Below are positions 29,743 through 39,709 of a stretch of 64,000 nt of DNA, piece after piece. The DNA comes from Selenomonas ruminantium (lineage in GTDB: Bacteria; Bacillota; Negativicutes; Selenomonadales; Selenomonadaceae). The translations under genes and the position numbers were made by a program. Where the stretch lies: positions 2,423-66,422 of the forward strand of contig CAMNJO010000006.1 of the NCBI GenBank assembly GCA_946541505.1. Reading direction: 5' to 3'. The notes beneath the pieces were generated by a model. It searched no databases. It was not told the origin of the DNA and saw only the letters and a list, made by a program, of their open reading frames with translations. Position 1 is the first letter of the stretch. Each line of letters opens with the position of its first letter.

Positions 29743-31122
29743 TTAGAAATACATTTCCCACTGGGCGCGGAAGAAGCTGTAATCATCACGTTTGCCATTC
29801 GTTCTTCCATTTCCTCCCCAATCCATCAGCCCCATCTTGCCGAAGGTGTAATGGAGAAGCAGCTTGGTATTACGAACAGGCACGAAATCAGCACCAATGC
29901 GTAATCCATTGAATTCACCGTACCGGTGATCCCATGCATTATTCCCTGGATTATTAGCGTTGACATCACCTACAAAGTCGCCATCTGTAACACAAGCAAT
30001 GTCATCATTAAACCAGTTCGTCATACCAGTATGACCGCGTTGCAGGTATTTCTTGACATAGATATCAAAGGAACCGGGAATATCCGGACGAGCTTCTTTG
30101 TACTGCAATTGGATAACATGTGATTTATTTAAAGTCTGAGAATCTGATTTGGCGATGGCAGCTGTCAGCTTCAGATCCCGGTTTAGCTTAGTGTCAAAGC
30201 CGAAAGACCATGTCTTACGCTGCCAGTGATTTCCTTGTCCCTGCCAGGTTATACGTCCAAAGTGTGAGGTTATATTTGTATTCTTTGCTACAGGGATTTC
30301 ACTAATCAAAGACAAGACCCTCGCATCTGTACTCCCGCCTGGTATATCCCATCGTTCATTATTATTGCCATAATCCATATCGGCATACATATTCTTACTA
30401 TAGGTCTTACCAGCATTAACTGTAAAGTTGGCCTTACGCCCCCACTTAGTGGGAATGCCATAACTTGCTTGCCAGCCATCGATCTTTTCATCAAATGTGA
30501 ATTTATAGGGAGACTGGAGATAATAGCGTCCCAATTTTACATTGAGTCCACCTATGCGGCCTTCGGTATAAAGCTGTAACACAGGGCGGGAATATCTCTT
30601 GCCACCTGGTTTGTCGTAACCACCATCACCCTCATAAGCACCATGATTAGTTGAAATATTATTTACAAACTCATGTTCACTGTGGATAGACCATGTGTCA
30701 TTGATACGGTATTTGGTAAACAGGTTGAGCCAGATGGTTTTCTCATCTGCAGCTTTGTAATTGCTGAAATGATCAAAATTCTGCTTATCCCAACGCAGCC
30801 GCCCATAGCCGTGAATTTCCACTGGCGGCTCCCAGCTTCTTTTCTCCACCTTTTTCATGCGTTTTTCCAAGCTGCCTAACTGAGCGTTAAGCCTGTTCTG
30901 CAAGTCCTGCGCCTGACGCAGCTGCTCCTCCAGCTGTCTGCGCATTTCCTGCAGGGATTCCTGCGTTACCGGTTCCGTCGAAACCTGCGTCTTACTTTCT
31001 GTGCCCGGATTCTGTTCCATCGCCGTCAGCGTATCCATGGCTGTCGGCTGTGCCCCGGCCACGCCGTATGTTCCCAGTACCAGTGCCGGCAGCAGGCCGC
31101 CCATGATTAGATTCTTCTTCAT
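29743..31122 (-). CDS. Outer-membrane porin-like beta-barrel with N-terminal coiled coil
   Basis: Signal peptide MKKNL..AGA, coiled coil, amphipathic beta-strands, C-terminal RAQWEMYF beta-signal. Confidence 0.7.
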   Translation of the reverse strand: MKKNLIMGGLLPALVLGTYGVAGAQPTAMDTLTAMEQNPGTESKTQVSTEPVTQESLQEMRRQLEEQLRQAQDLQNRLNAQLGSLEKRMKKVEKRSWEPPVEIHGYGRLRWDKQNFDHFSNYKAADEKTIWLNLFTKYRINDTWSIHSEHEFVNNISTNHGAYEGDGGYDKPGGKRYSRPVLQLYTEGRIGGLNVKLGRYYLQSPYKFTFDEKIDGWQASYGIPTKWGRKANFTVNAGKTYSKNMYADMDYGNNNERWDIPGGSTDARVLSLISEIPVAKNTNITSHFGRITWQGQGNHWQRKTWSFGFDTKLNRDLKLTAAIAKSDSQTLNKSHVIQLQYKEARPDIPGSFDIYVKKYLQRGHTGMTNWFNDDIACVTDGDFVGDVNANNPGNNAWDHRYGEFNGLRIGADFVPVRNTKLLLHYTFGKMGLMDWGGNGRTNGKRDDYSFFRAQWEMYF

Positions 31123-31198
31123 TGTACTTTCTCCCTCCGCATAAGGAAGCGCCCCCATCAGCATACTCACCGTGACGCTTCCTGTATTACAATCTTTT

Positions 31199-32473
31199 TT
31201 AAGCTTCCAGCGGCTGCCCCTCTACATCCTTATCATCCTTTTTCAGAATGAAGAAGGCATACAAAGTTGCCACCATGACAATCCCGGCAATCGTCAGGAA
31301 CGTGCTCTGATAACCGATGCTGTCGCGCAGGCTGCCCAGCGGTACGGAGAAGATGATGCCGCCGACAGAAGCTGCAATCTGGAAGCCGACCATATACAAG
31401 GTAGCCGATACACGGGTATCAAAATGCAGGGTGAAATAGCGGAAGATAGCCAGTACAAAGAGCGCCGTTTCCGGAGCATGCAAGAGTTTAATGAGGCCAA
31501 TGCCCAAAGGAGTTGAGGCCAGACCACAGCCGCTGATACGGCAGATCATGATGAAGCAGCCCAGGAGCAGTGCATTGCGCACGCCAATTTTTTTCATCAG
31601 CACCGGTACCAAGCCCATCATCAGGAATTCCAAAAATACCTGCACAGAGTTTAGTATCCCATAAGCCTGCTGTCCTTCTTCCGGGGTAGCAAAGAAACGC
31701 GTAAAGAATTCGGGGAACATCTGCTGGTCGAATACGGTATAGAACGTCCAGCTCAGGATAACAAAGATAATGATTTTCCAAACATCAAAGATGCCAAAAA
31801 CCTGAATAATTTCCTTAATTGAGGGCGATTTGACCGCTTTATTGCGTTCTTCGCTGTTCTCATATGCGGCAACATTTGCTTCCTTGTTTTCCGGCTTCAT
31901 CAAGAGCAGTACCGCCAGAAGTACAGCCGATACCGCAGAGCCCGTCCAGAATACCAGATACGGATTAATCGTAAAGAGAAAACCTGCGGCAAGAGCCGAC
32001 ATTGCATAACCAAAGGAACCCCAGGCACGAGCCTGACCATACTCAAAGCTATAGCGGCGGCTGAGTCTTTCGGTCACTGCCTCAAAGACCGGGCAGGCTG
32101 CCAGATATGCTACAGCCAGATACACGGCACCGACCATGGCGCCGACATAGAAGTTACTTTCCAGCATAGGCACATATACCCAGGTAAAGAACGGAGCCAA
32201 AAGCACCTGACAGCTCACCATGGCAATGAGCAGATGCTTTTTGAGTCCCAGCTTATCCTGCAACGAACCATAAACAAACATCAGCACCAGTGCTACAGCC
32301 GAACCAAACGTGTAAATCGTGCCAACCTGCGCACCTGTAAAGCCCTGCTTAGTCGTCAGCCAAATCTGGAAGAAAGACCACCAAATCCCCCAGCCGGCAA
32401 AGAATAAGAGAATTTCCAGTGAGCCCGTCCGATAAAACGGATTCCTTAATGCTTTCGTAAAAATATTTTGCAT
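31199..32473 (-). CDS. MFS oligosaccharide:H+ symporter (LacY/RafB/CscB family)
   Basis: WWSFFQIWL, YG.LQDKLGLKK, FEYGQARAWGSFGYA, VFDQQMFP. Confidence 0.9.
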   Translation of the reverse strand: MQNIFTKALRNPFYRTGSLEILLFFAGWGIWWSFFQIWLTTKQGFTGAQVGTIYTFGSAVALVLMFVYGSLQDKLGLKKHLLIAMVSCQVLLAPFFTWVYVPMLESNFYVGAMVGAVYLAVAYLAACPVFEAVTERLSRRYSFEYGQARAWGSFGYAMSALAAGFLFTINPYLVFWTGSAVSAVLLAVLLLMKPENKEANVAAYENSEERNKAVKSPSIKEIIQVFGIFDVWKIIIFVILSWTFYTVFDQQMFPEFFTRFFATPEEGQQAYGILNSVQVFLEFLMMGLVPVLMKKIGVRNALLLGCFIMICRISGCGLASTPLGIGLIKLLHAPETALFVLAIFRYFTLHFDTRVSATLYMVGFQIAASVGGIIFSVPLGSLRDSIGYQSTFLTIAGIVMVATLYAFFILKKDDKDVEGQPLEA

Positions 32474-32501
32474 GATTCTCGTCCCCTTCAGGTTTTCTCA
32501 A

Positions 32502-33878
32502 TCAATACTGATTACATTCGCTCTCCAACCGCCATGCCTTAACCTGATTGGCAGCCTTGGCGAGTAGACGGCAGTTGACCTCATTTTCCCAATAGATGCG
32601 TTCGGTAAACGTCAGTTCTCCATCAGCCACAAATACCTCTGCCGAACTTTTATCGATAAAAATCTGCAGTTTCAGCGGTTCCGTGGAGGATAATACCGCC
32701 GCCCGCTCACCGTCCTCGGTATTGCGGTTTATCACGAATCGTCCGCCAGCTTCCAAACTGAGCTGCAAACTCTTATCCCCATCGGACAGGAGTAAAAGCA
32801 CGCCTTCGGCTTTTTCCGTAAAGGTCAGTTGCAGTTCTGCCGTACGTCCTAAATTATAATCACGCTGCGGTTCCAGCTCGCCATCCAGCAGGACATCCTG
32901 CCGCAAGCCTGTAAGTTCCCGCGCCGGCTTCTGCATCAGACGGCCATCTTTTACAGAAAGTTCCCGCGGCAGTGTGAGTGCTCCGGCCCAGCCGTCTTCG
33001 ATTTCCGGCATCGGCGAATCCCAGGCATTCATCCAGGCAATCATCATCCGCCGTCCATCCGGAGTCAGCATCGTCTGAGTGGCGTAGAAATCGTGACCAT
33101 TATCAATTTCCACAAAGCCGTTATGCTGCAATTTCTTATCCTGCACCTTGCCCATCAGATAGCCCGTCTGGTTGAGATTGCGGAAACGGTCACCATCGGC
33201 TTCCAACCCCTGCGGAGACATCAGCAGAATGTCCTTGCCATCCAGATGGAAGAAATCCGGACATTCCCACATATAGCCTTCCGTTTCCTTGGCCGCAGCT
33301 TTACTGAGTTCCGTTGTCTGTTCCCAGTGCAATAAATCCTTGGAACTATAGATAAGCGCCCGGCCCAGGCCATCCACATCCTGACTGCCCAGCACCATAT
33401 AGAACGTATCACCATCCTGCCAGACTTTCGGGTCACGGAAGTGTTTTGTATTGCCCGCCGGTGTCCTTAAAACCGGATTGGCACCGTACTTGGTGAAGTT
33501 AATGCCATCCTCACTCCAGGCCACCCGCTGATCCTGATAGAAATCCTCCGGGTCAACGGCATTGGGCGTATGATGGCCTGTGTAGATGAGCCAGAGCTTA
33601 TCATCATAAACCACCGCACTGCCGGAGAAACAGCCATTTTCGTTTTCATCCGGTTCTAGTGCTGTCGGCAATGTTTCCCAATGCACCAAATCGCGGCTGC
33701 GGGCATGGCCCCAATGCATCGGCCCCCACTGCGCTGCATACGGATAATACTGATAGAATATATGATACCAGCCTTTGAAAAAAGAAAAACCGTTCGGGTC
33801 ATTCATCCAGCCCCCCGGGGTCATCAAATGATATCCCAGTCGGAATCTCTGATTTGTAATTGGTATTGGCTTTTTCAT
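32502..33878 (-). CDS. Cytoplasmic GH32 beta-fructofuranosidase / sucrose-6-phosphate hydrolase
   Basis: WMNDPNG, WGPMHWGHA, FSGSA, FRDP, WECPD; no signal peptide. Confidence 0.93.
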   Translation of the reverse strand: MKKPIPITNQRFRLGYHLMTPGGWMNDPNGFSFFKGWYHIFYQYYPYAAQWGPMHWGHARSRDLVHWETLPTALEPDENENGCFSGSAVVYDDKLWLIYTGHHTPNAVDPEDFYQDQRVAWSEDGINFTKYGANPVLRTPAGNTKHFRDPKVWQDGDTFYMVLGSQDVDGLGRALIYSSKDLLHWEQTTELSKAAAKETEGYMWECPDFFHLDGKDILLMSPQGLEADGDRFRNLNQTGYLMGKVQDKKLQHNGFVEIDNGHDFYATQTMLTPDGRRMMIAWMNAWDSPMPEIEDGWAGALTLPRELSVKDGRLMQKPARELTGLRQDVLLDGELEPQRDYNLGRTAELQLTFTEKAEGVLLLLSDGDKSLQLSLEAGGRFVINRNTEDGERAAVLSSTEPLKLQIFIDKSSAEVFVADGELTFTERIYWENEVNCRLLAKAANQVKAWRLESECNQY

Positions 33879-33921
33879 AAACATGCGCTCCCTTGTTTCG
33901 TCAAGATTGTCTTGATTCCTC

Positions 33922-33954
33922 TTTTTGAACCGGTTCATTGAACCGGTTCAAAAA
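33922..33954. promoter_or_regulatory. Tandem LacI-family operators
   Basis: TGAACCGGTTCA twice (33926-33937, 33939-33950), covering the predicted +1. Confidence 0.8.
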
Positions 33955-33956
33955 TT

Positions 33957-33985
33957 ATTTTAGACTTATTTGTGTCGATTGTCAA
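33957..33985 (-). promoter_or_regulatory. Sigma70/SigA promoter of fructan operon
   Basis: TTGACA-N17-TAAAAT. Confidence 0.75.
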
Positions 33986-34068
33986 TGGGTTTGTAATATA
34001 TTTTTTAATAATTTAATTCTGACAATTTTAACTATCGCCGCTGTTTCTCAACAGCTGGACTGCCTATA

Positions 34069-35043
34069 CTAACAGGTTTCCCCGGGCAGCAATGACGGCG
34101 GAAACACCAATGGCAGATTATCCTGTTGGCCATTTATCATAGCAACAATCTTTTTAGCAGCCGCTTCTGCTAACGCAAAAATCGGCTGGCGCACTGCCGT
34201 AAGCCGGCAAATGCCATTCTGCGTAATATACGTGCCATCATAAGCGACTAATTTCAACTGCTCCGGCACCTTTATTCCACGCCGCACAGCCACTTCCAGA
34301 CAACTGGACACCGATATATCCGCCCCCAGTATGCCGTCCACATCACTATAATCGGCAAATATTTGCTCTGCCAGTTCCAGCGATTCCTTGAAACCAAAAG
34401 CATTCCATGGCAGATATACAATATCCGTGCGCACCCCATGCGCCTGCATGACTTCATTGAAGGCCTGATGGTATTCCCCTGCCGGTGTCTTGACCTTCTG
34501 CGAACCGGAGATTTCCACAATATGATGGCAATCGTGCTGCAAAAAAGCCTGTGCCGCGAGTCTCCCTCCCAGCACATGATCAGCGTGTACCACGGGAATA
34601 TCCGGGCTTAAGTAACGGTCAAAAGCAATAATGGGCTGCTTTATCCCTTCATAGATGGACGTATCCAGCGAATGTGCCCCCATGATAATGCCATCCATAT
34701 TCTGCCGCTGCAGCATCTCGATAAACACATGTTCCGCATTTTCCTTTTGCCGTGTACAGCAAAGCATGGTCTTATAGCCCAAATGATATAGGGATTCCTC
34801 TAACGCCTCCACCAGTTCAGCAAAAAAAGGATGTGCCACAGTAGGTACAATAATCCCCACCGTCATCGTGCGCTTAAGCGACAAATTACGTGCCATCTCA
34901 CTAGGCACATACTGCAATTTCTTCACGGCCGCCTGCACCTTTTCCCGAATCGCCGGTGAACCGTAGTCCGCATGATTCAGCACCATGGAAACCGTTCCTA
35001 CAGATACCCCGGCTTCCTTTGCTACATCACGGATTTTAGCCAA
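34069..35043 (-). CDS. LacI family transcriptional repressor (ScrR-like)
   Basis: IRDVAKEAGVSVGTVSMVLN HTH; YVPSEMARNL. Confidence 0.93.
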   Translation of the reverse strand: MAKIRDVAKEAGVSVGTVSMVLNHADYGSPAIREKVQAAVKKLQYVPSEMARNLSLKRTMTVGIIVPTVAHPFFAELVEALEESLYHLGYKTMLCCTRQKENAEHVFIEMLQRQNMDGIIMGAHSLDTSIYEGIKQPIIAFDRYLSPDIPVVHADHVLGGRLAAQAFLQHDCHHIVEISGSQKVKTPAGEYHQAFNEVMQAHGVRTDIVYLPWNAFGFKESLELAEQIFADYSDVDGILGADISVSSCLEVAVRRGIKVPEQLKLVAYDGTYITQNGICRLTAVRQPIFALAEAAAKKIVAMINGQQDNLPLVFPPSLLPGETC

Positions 35044-35064
35044 AATTCACACCTCCTGATAAAC

Positions 35065-35793
35065 CTACAACTGTTGAATAAACGCCAGTGACTTCAACGG
35101 CTTGCCCAACAAGTTTTGCAAATACGTCAAAAAAAGATTTTCTGCCTGCATCAGCAGTGCTCCCGTTATCCTGAGTTCCGGGGGATTTTCCCAGTCATAG
35201 TCCCGCAAAGCAAGAATAAACCTGCGCAGGCTGTCGGATAGCAGCTCTGCCCCCGGTTCACGGCAATCGGCGCAGAGGAGTCCACCTGCACTAAAGCTTA
35301 AATAAGCCTCCCCGTCTACAGGTGCTCCACAATGCAGACAATGCTCGAAGTGCAGCTGCATGCCGGTAAATTCCAGCAGCTGAATCACCGCCATCAGCGC
35401 CGTAACGCGAGGATTGCGCACTTCAAAGGAATCGAGGATATACAGCAGGCGGGCAAACATCTGCGGCTCCGACTGCCCCAATGGCAGAAATTCCCGCAAA
35501 AATTCCGCTACAAAACTGCCGTAAGCCATGACCTCCAAATCCTCAGTCAGCTTTTTATAATGTTTCTTCAGCGTACACTGCCGTACCGTATCCACCCGTT
35601 TTCCCTCGGAAAGCTGCACTTCAATGCTTGAAAACATCTGCATCCCGGCCGCCAAGGGACTTCGCGGGCGACGGCAGCCAAAAGCCGCGGCCTCTATAAG
35701 TCCGCGGTCATAAGTAAAGAGTGTCATCATCTTATCCGCTTCGCCCCAGTTTTTGGAACCGAGCACAACTGCGGCGGTCTGATAACTGGCCAT
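35065..35793 (-). CDS. recO: DNA repair protein RecO
   Basis: GEADK.....T...G, CLHCG...CADC Zn finger; era-recO context. Confidence 0.92.
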   Translation of the reverse strand: MASYQTAAVVLGSKNWGEADKMMTLFTYDRGLIEAAAFGCRRPRSPLAAGMQMFSSIEVQLSEGKRVDTVRQCTLKKHYKKLTEDLEVMAYGSFVAEFLREFLPLGQSEPQMFARLLYILDSFEVRNPRVTALMAVIQLLEFTGMQLHFEHCLHCGAPVDGEAYLSFSAGGLLCADCREPGAELLSDSLRRFILALRDYDWENPPELRITGALLMQAENLFLTYLQNLLGKPLKSLAFIQQL

Positions 35794-36404
35794 TACTTTT
35801 TCTCCTCATCTTGCGGCATATCGCTGATACGCTGAGGCATAACAGCACCTGCCGTCAGCATATACTGCAAAGCCGATTCGCTGCTGATATCCAGATATGT
35901 CACATCGCTTTTCTTGACAAACAAATTCGTCCCCGAAGTCATATTAAGACTCCAGGGCACAAAGACACAAACATAATCATCGCCCAATTTATCCTTCAAC
36001 GTCTGAGGCACATCGGCCATGATGAACCCCAACGCCTGTGACTGATGAAAGGGCACCAGCACCACATGTTCAAACATGCTGTTGGATTCAAATACCGCCG
36101 TGGATAAATGCTTGACGCTGTTATAGATAAACTTGACCACCGGAATCTTGCCCAACAGGTTTTCACCAATATGAATCAGACGACGCGCCGCCCAATAGGT
36201 AGAAGCCCAGCCCGTCAGATAAATCACCAGCAGCATGGTGATAATGCCCATACCGGGGAAGTAAAAAGGCAGATGCTTGCCGAGTACCCCTTCGGTAAAG
36301 TTCAGCGTTTCCAGCACCACAAAAATGGTAATCGCCAGCGGCACCAGAATAATCAGACCGTTGATAAAGCGGCGGGAAATACGTTTGGATATGCTCTCCC
36401 TCAT
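35793..36404 (-). CDS. DUF502 domain membrane protein
   Basis: GLIILVPLAIT, KIPVVKFIYNSVK, VFVP..N.TSG. Confidence 0.85.
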   Translation of the reverse strand: MRESISKRISRRFINGLIILVPLAITIFVVLETLNFTEGVLGKHLPFYFPGMGIITMLLVIYLTGWASTYWAARRLIHIGENLLGKIPVVKFIYNSVKHLSTAVFESNSMFEHVVLVPFHQSQALGFIMADVPQTLKDKLGDDYVCVFVPWSLNMTSGTNLFVKKSDVTYLDISSESALQYMLTAGAVMPQRISDMPQDEEKK

Positions 36405-37300
36405 CGCTCGTCACCAAAACCGAAATTGCGCAGGATGCCGTCACGGTCACGCCAATCCTTCTTGACCTTTACCCAAAGGTCGAGAAATACCTTGGAACCT
36501 AATAGATTCTGAATGTCCTGACGCGCCAAAGCACCGATTTCCTTGAGCATGGCTCCTTTGGCGCCAATGACAATCCCCTTCTGGGAATCGCGTTCTACAT
36601 AGATGGTCGCGCGGATATACACATCATCATTGGAGCGGGTTGTCATTTCATCCACATCCACGGCAATGGCATGGGGAATCTCATCACGGGTCAGCTGCAA
36701 GGCCTTTTCACGGATGAGTTCAGCCACAATCAGCCGCTCCGGCTGGTCGGTTACCATGTCTTCCGGATAATACTGCGGCCCCTCCGGCAGATATTTCTTC
36801 GCCTCGGTCAACAGGCTGTCCAGATTCATTTCCTCTTTGGCGGAAATGGGTACTACACCGGCGAACTCATACTTGGAGGTATAGTTCGAGATGATGGGCA
36901 GAGCCTGTTCCCGCTCAATCAAATCCAGCTTATTGACGACGAGAATTACCGGCCGTTTCGTTGCCTGCAGGCGCTCTAAAATATAATGTTCCCCCGGCCC
37001 CATCTTTTCCGTAGCATCGACCACAAAGAAGATGACATCTACTTCCCGCAGGGTGCCTTCGGCAGCCTTGACCATATACTCGCCCAATTTATGCTTAGGC
37101 TTATGAATGCCCGGCGTGTCCAAAAAGACAATCTGGGCATCCGGCTGGGTCAGAATGCACAGGATGCGGTTTCTGGTTGTCTGCGGCTTATCGCTCATGA
37201 TGGCGATTTTCTGCCCAATCAGGGTGTTAATCAACGTGGACTTGCCCACATTCGGTCTGCCAATAACGGCGATAAAGCCGGATTTCATCTTCTGCTCCAT
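36401..37300 (-). CDS. era: GTPase Era
   Basis: GRPNVGKST, DTPG, NKLD, KH-domain VIGAKG. Confidence 0.97.
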   Translation of the reverse strand: MEQKMKSGFIAVIGRPNVGKSTLINTLIGQKIAIMSDKPQTTRNRILCILTQPDAQIVFLDTPGIHKPKHKLGEYMVKAAEGTLREVDVIFFVVDATEKMGPGEHYILERLQATKRPVILVVNKLDLIEREQALPIISNYTSKYEFAGVVPISAKEEMNLDSLLTEAKKYLPEGPQYYPEDMVTDQPERLIVAELIREKALQLTRDEIPHAIAVDVDEMTTRSNDDVYIRATIYVERDSQKGIVIGAKGAMLKEIGALARQDIQNLLGSKVFLDLWVKVKKDWRDRDGILRNFGFGDER

Positions 37301-37315
37301 ATATTTCTCGCTTTC

Positions 37316-37780
37316 TTAATCTCTGCTAATCCCTAATTTATCCATGACAAAGCGCTGTTCTGCTTCCATTTCTTCCCGTTCTTCGTCTTCCATATGGTCA
37401 TATCCCAAAAGGTGCAGCATACCGTGCACCGTCAGAAACGCCACCTCCCGGCGTACGCTGTGGCCATAATCCGCAGCTTGTTCTTCGGCACGTTCCAGAG
37501 AGATAATCAAATCCCCGAGCATATTGACGGAACTTCCGCCCACGACTTCCGGCTCCTCACTTTCGTTGAAAGCAAAGGAGATAACATCTGTAGGACGGTC
37601 AACGCCGCGGTACTTGCGGTTAATCACATGAATATGCGCATTATCGGTGAGGGTCACGCTGACCTCACTGTCTTCTACGCCATAAAGCCGCCCCACCGTT
37701 TCAATGGCCGTGCGGATATTATCGATGTATTCCTGCGGAACTTCTAACTCCTCAGGTTCATTGCTGATGATGATTTCCAT
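37316..37780 (-). CDS. ybeY: rRNA maturation RNase YbeY
   Basis: TDVISF, HGMLHLLGYDH. Confidence 0.96.
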   Translation of the reverse strand: MEIIISNEPEELEVPQEYIDNIRTAIETVGRLYGVEDSEVSVTLTDNAHIHVINRKYRGVDRPTDVISFAFNESEEPEVVGGSSVNMLGDLIISLERAEEQAADYGHSVRREVAFLTVHGMLHLLGYDHMEDEEREEMEAEQRFVMDKLGISRD

Positions 37781-37781
37781 G

Positions 37782-38780
37782 TTACTTTTCCTGCTTCGCT
37801 TTCTCTTTTTCGGCCTTGCGCTTTTCTTCATAAGCACCATAGGCCTCGACAATCCGGGTGACTACTTCGTGACGAATTACATCCAACGGTGCCAGACGCA
37901 CAATGCCCACACCTTTGACATTTTCCAATACCTTGGCGGCTTCTCGCAGACCTGAGGTCACGCCGCGGGGCAAATCCACCTGCCCCAAATCGCCGGTTAC
38001 GACCATGCGCGAACCAAAGCCCAGACGAGTCAGAAACATCTTCATCTGCTTATCCGTAGTATTCTGTGCTTCGTCCAAAATAATAAAGGCATCTTCCAAC
38101 GTCCGCCCACGCATATATGCCAGCGGCGCAATCTCGATAAAGCCCTTCGCCATGAATTTGGTATAGGTATCCTGACCCAAGATATCCTGCAGGGCATCAT
38201 AGAGGGGACGCAGGTAGGGGTCAACCTTATCCTGCAGATCACCGGGCAAAAAGCCCAATCGCTCCCCGGCTTCCACCGCCGGACGCGTCAGGATAATCTT
38301 GCGCACTTCACGATTTCTAAGCGCGGCTACCGCCATGACCACCGCCAGATACGTCTTGCCGGTACCGGCAGGGCCAATGCCAAAGGTAATGGAATTATGG
38401 CGGATTGTATCCAAATAACGCCGCTGCCCCAAAGTCTTGGGGCGCACATGACGCCCCCGCGCCGTGACAAGAATCGTATCGCCAAACAAGGTATGCAGGG
38501 CTTCGCCCTTGCCGCCCTTTACGAGGCCAATACCATAGCGCACTTCATGCATGGTGATGGTTGTTCCCTGACGATGCAGATACAATAGTTCCTCCAGTAC
38601 CTTGGCCGCCATTTCTACCTGCGCACCTTCGCCCAGAATTTCCATCTGTGTGCCCCGGCTGATAAACTGGCAGTCAAACTCACTGCGGAACACCTGTAAA
38701 AATTCATCGCCTTCGCCCAAAAGAGCGAAGGCTTCATGATTGTCCTGAAAAATAATTTTTTTCTCTAATGCCTGCTGCAA
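37782..38780 (-). CDS. phoH: PhoH family ATPase
   Basis: GPAGTGKT, RPAVEAGE.LGFLPG, YMRGRT, DEAQN. Confidence 0.93.
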   Translation of the reverse strand: MQQALEKKIIFQDNHEAFALLGEGDEFLQVFRSEFDCQFISRGTQMEILGEGAQVEMAAKVLEELLYLHRQGTTITMHEVRYGIGLVKGGKGEALHTLFGDTILVTARGRHVRPKTLGQRRYLDTIRHNSITFGIGPAGTGKTYLAVVMAVAALRNREVRKIILTRPAVEAGERLGFLPGDLQDKVDPYLRPLYDALQDILGQDTYTKFMAKGFIEIAPLAYMRGRTLEDAFIILDEAQNTTDKQMKMFLTRLGFGSRMVVTGDLGQVDLPRGVTSGLREAAKVLENVKGVGIVRLAPLDVIRHEVVTRIVEAYGAYEEKRKAEKEKAKQEK

Positions 38781-38803
38781 AAGAACTGTTCACCTCTGGT
38801 CCA

Positions 38804-39709
38804 TTAACCTGCGATTAGTTTCGCATTATACTTTTCAATCATCTTTTCCGGCTTATAGGACTCTTTGGCCTTCCGCAGACCCTCCTGCCCCATATCTTCC
38901 TCCCGGTTGATATAAGTCATGCCATTCCATTCATGCTCGACAAACCCTTGATTGATGGCCGGATATGCTCCCCGTATATCCGGGTCAGCCTTCTCCACAT
39001 GCACCACGACAGAATCACGGTTTAGCTGTTCACCGAAGGTAAACGCAATGATGCGGCCATCAAGGCAGATTGCGCCACCCTTGAGCTGGAAATAATCCCA
39101 GTCCTCAAAGAGTTCCAATATCGCATCCCTCTCCCAAGGAATAAACTTGGATTCCGGCATGGCCTCAATATGCGCAGCATACCACTTTTCCAATTCCTCC
39201 CGGCAGGCAGGCAGGATTTCCGGTGTTATCCGCATATACCGGGCCTCCGGATACAACTTCCGAAAGGCATTCAAATGATTTTTCTTGGAATGCAGCTTGC
39301 GTCCGGAAAGGCTTATAAGCTTATCCGCCAGATATACATAGTCAAAATTATCCCGGTCAGACTCAATTGCAAACTGTCCGGCATACTGTTTTGCCAAAAA
39401 ATCAGCAAAACTTTTTTCCACGCCGGTAAACAGCAGTTCCTTTCCCTGTCCGGCAAAATAAGCACGAAAACTCTCCACGGCCTTGCTCCAGTTTTCCTGT
39501 GCACAAACCGGCTGTAAAGCCTGCAGCACCCCCTCCCATTCACAAGTCATATAGAGAATACCGTCTTCTTCACAAAGCTGCACATGGTAGGACTTGCGCC
39601 ACATAAAGAGATTGGTAAAATTAAAATGCGAGTTCTCATAGTAACCGCTGCGGTAATACTGATCTAATAATTTTTTGTCATCTTTGGTTAATGTTCGGAA
39701 AATAATAAT
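38804..39709 (-). CDS. DUF2156 / phosphatidylglycerol lysyltransferase-domain protein; probable non-canonical ATT start
   Basis: LSGRKLHSKKNH, HVEKA, INREEDMG.EGLRKAKESY. The frame stays open upstream of ATG 39604 to an ATT after GGAGG. Confidence 0.8.
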   Translation of the reverse strand: MIIFRTLTKDDKKLLDQYYRSGYYENSHFNFTNLFMWRKSYHVQLCEEDGILYMTCEWEGVLQALQPVCAQENWSKAVESFRAYFAGQGKELLFTGVEKSFADFLAKQYAGQFAIESDRDNFDYVYLADKLISLSGRKLHSKKNHLNAFRKLYPEARYMRITPEILPACREELEKWYAAHIEAMPESKFIPWERDAILELFEDWDYFQLKGGAICLDGRIIAFTFGEQLNRDSVVVHVEKADPDIRGAYPAINQGFVEHEWNGMTYINREEDMGQEGLRKAKESYKPEKMIEKYNAKLIAG

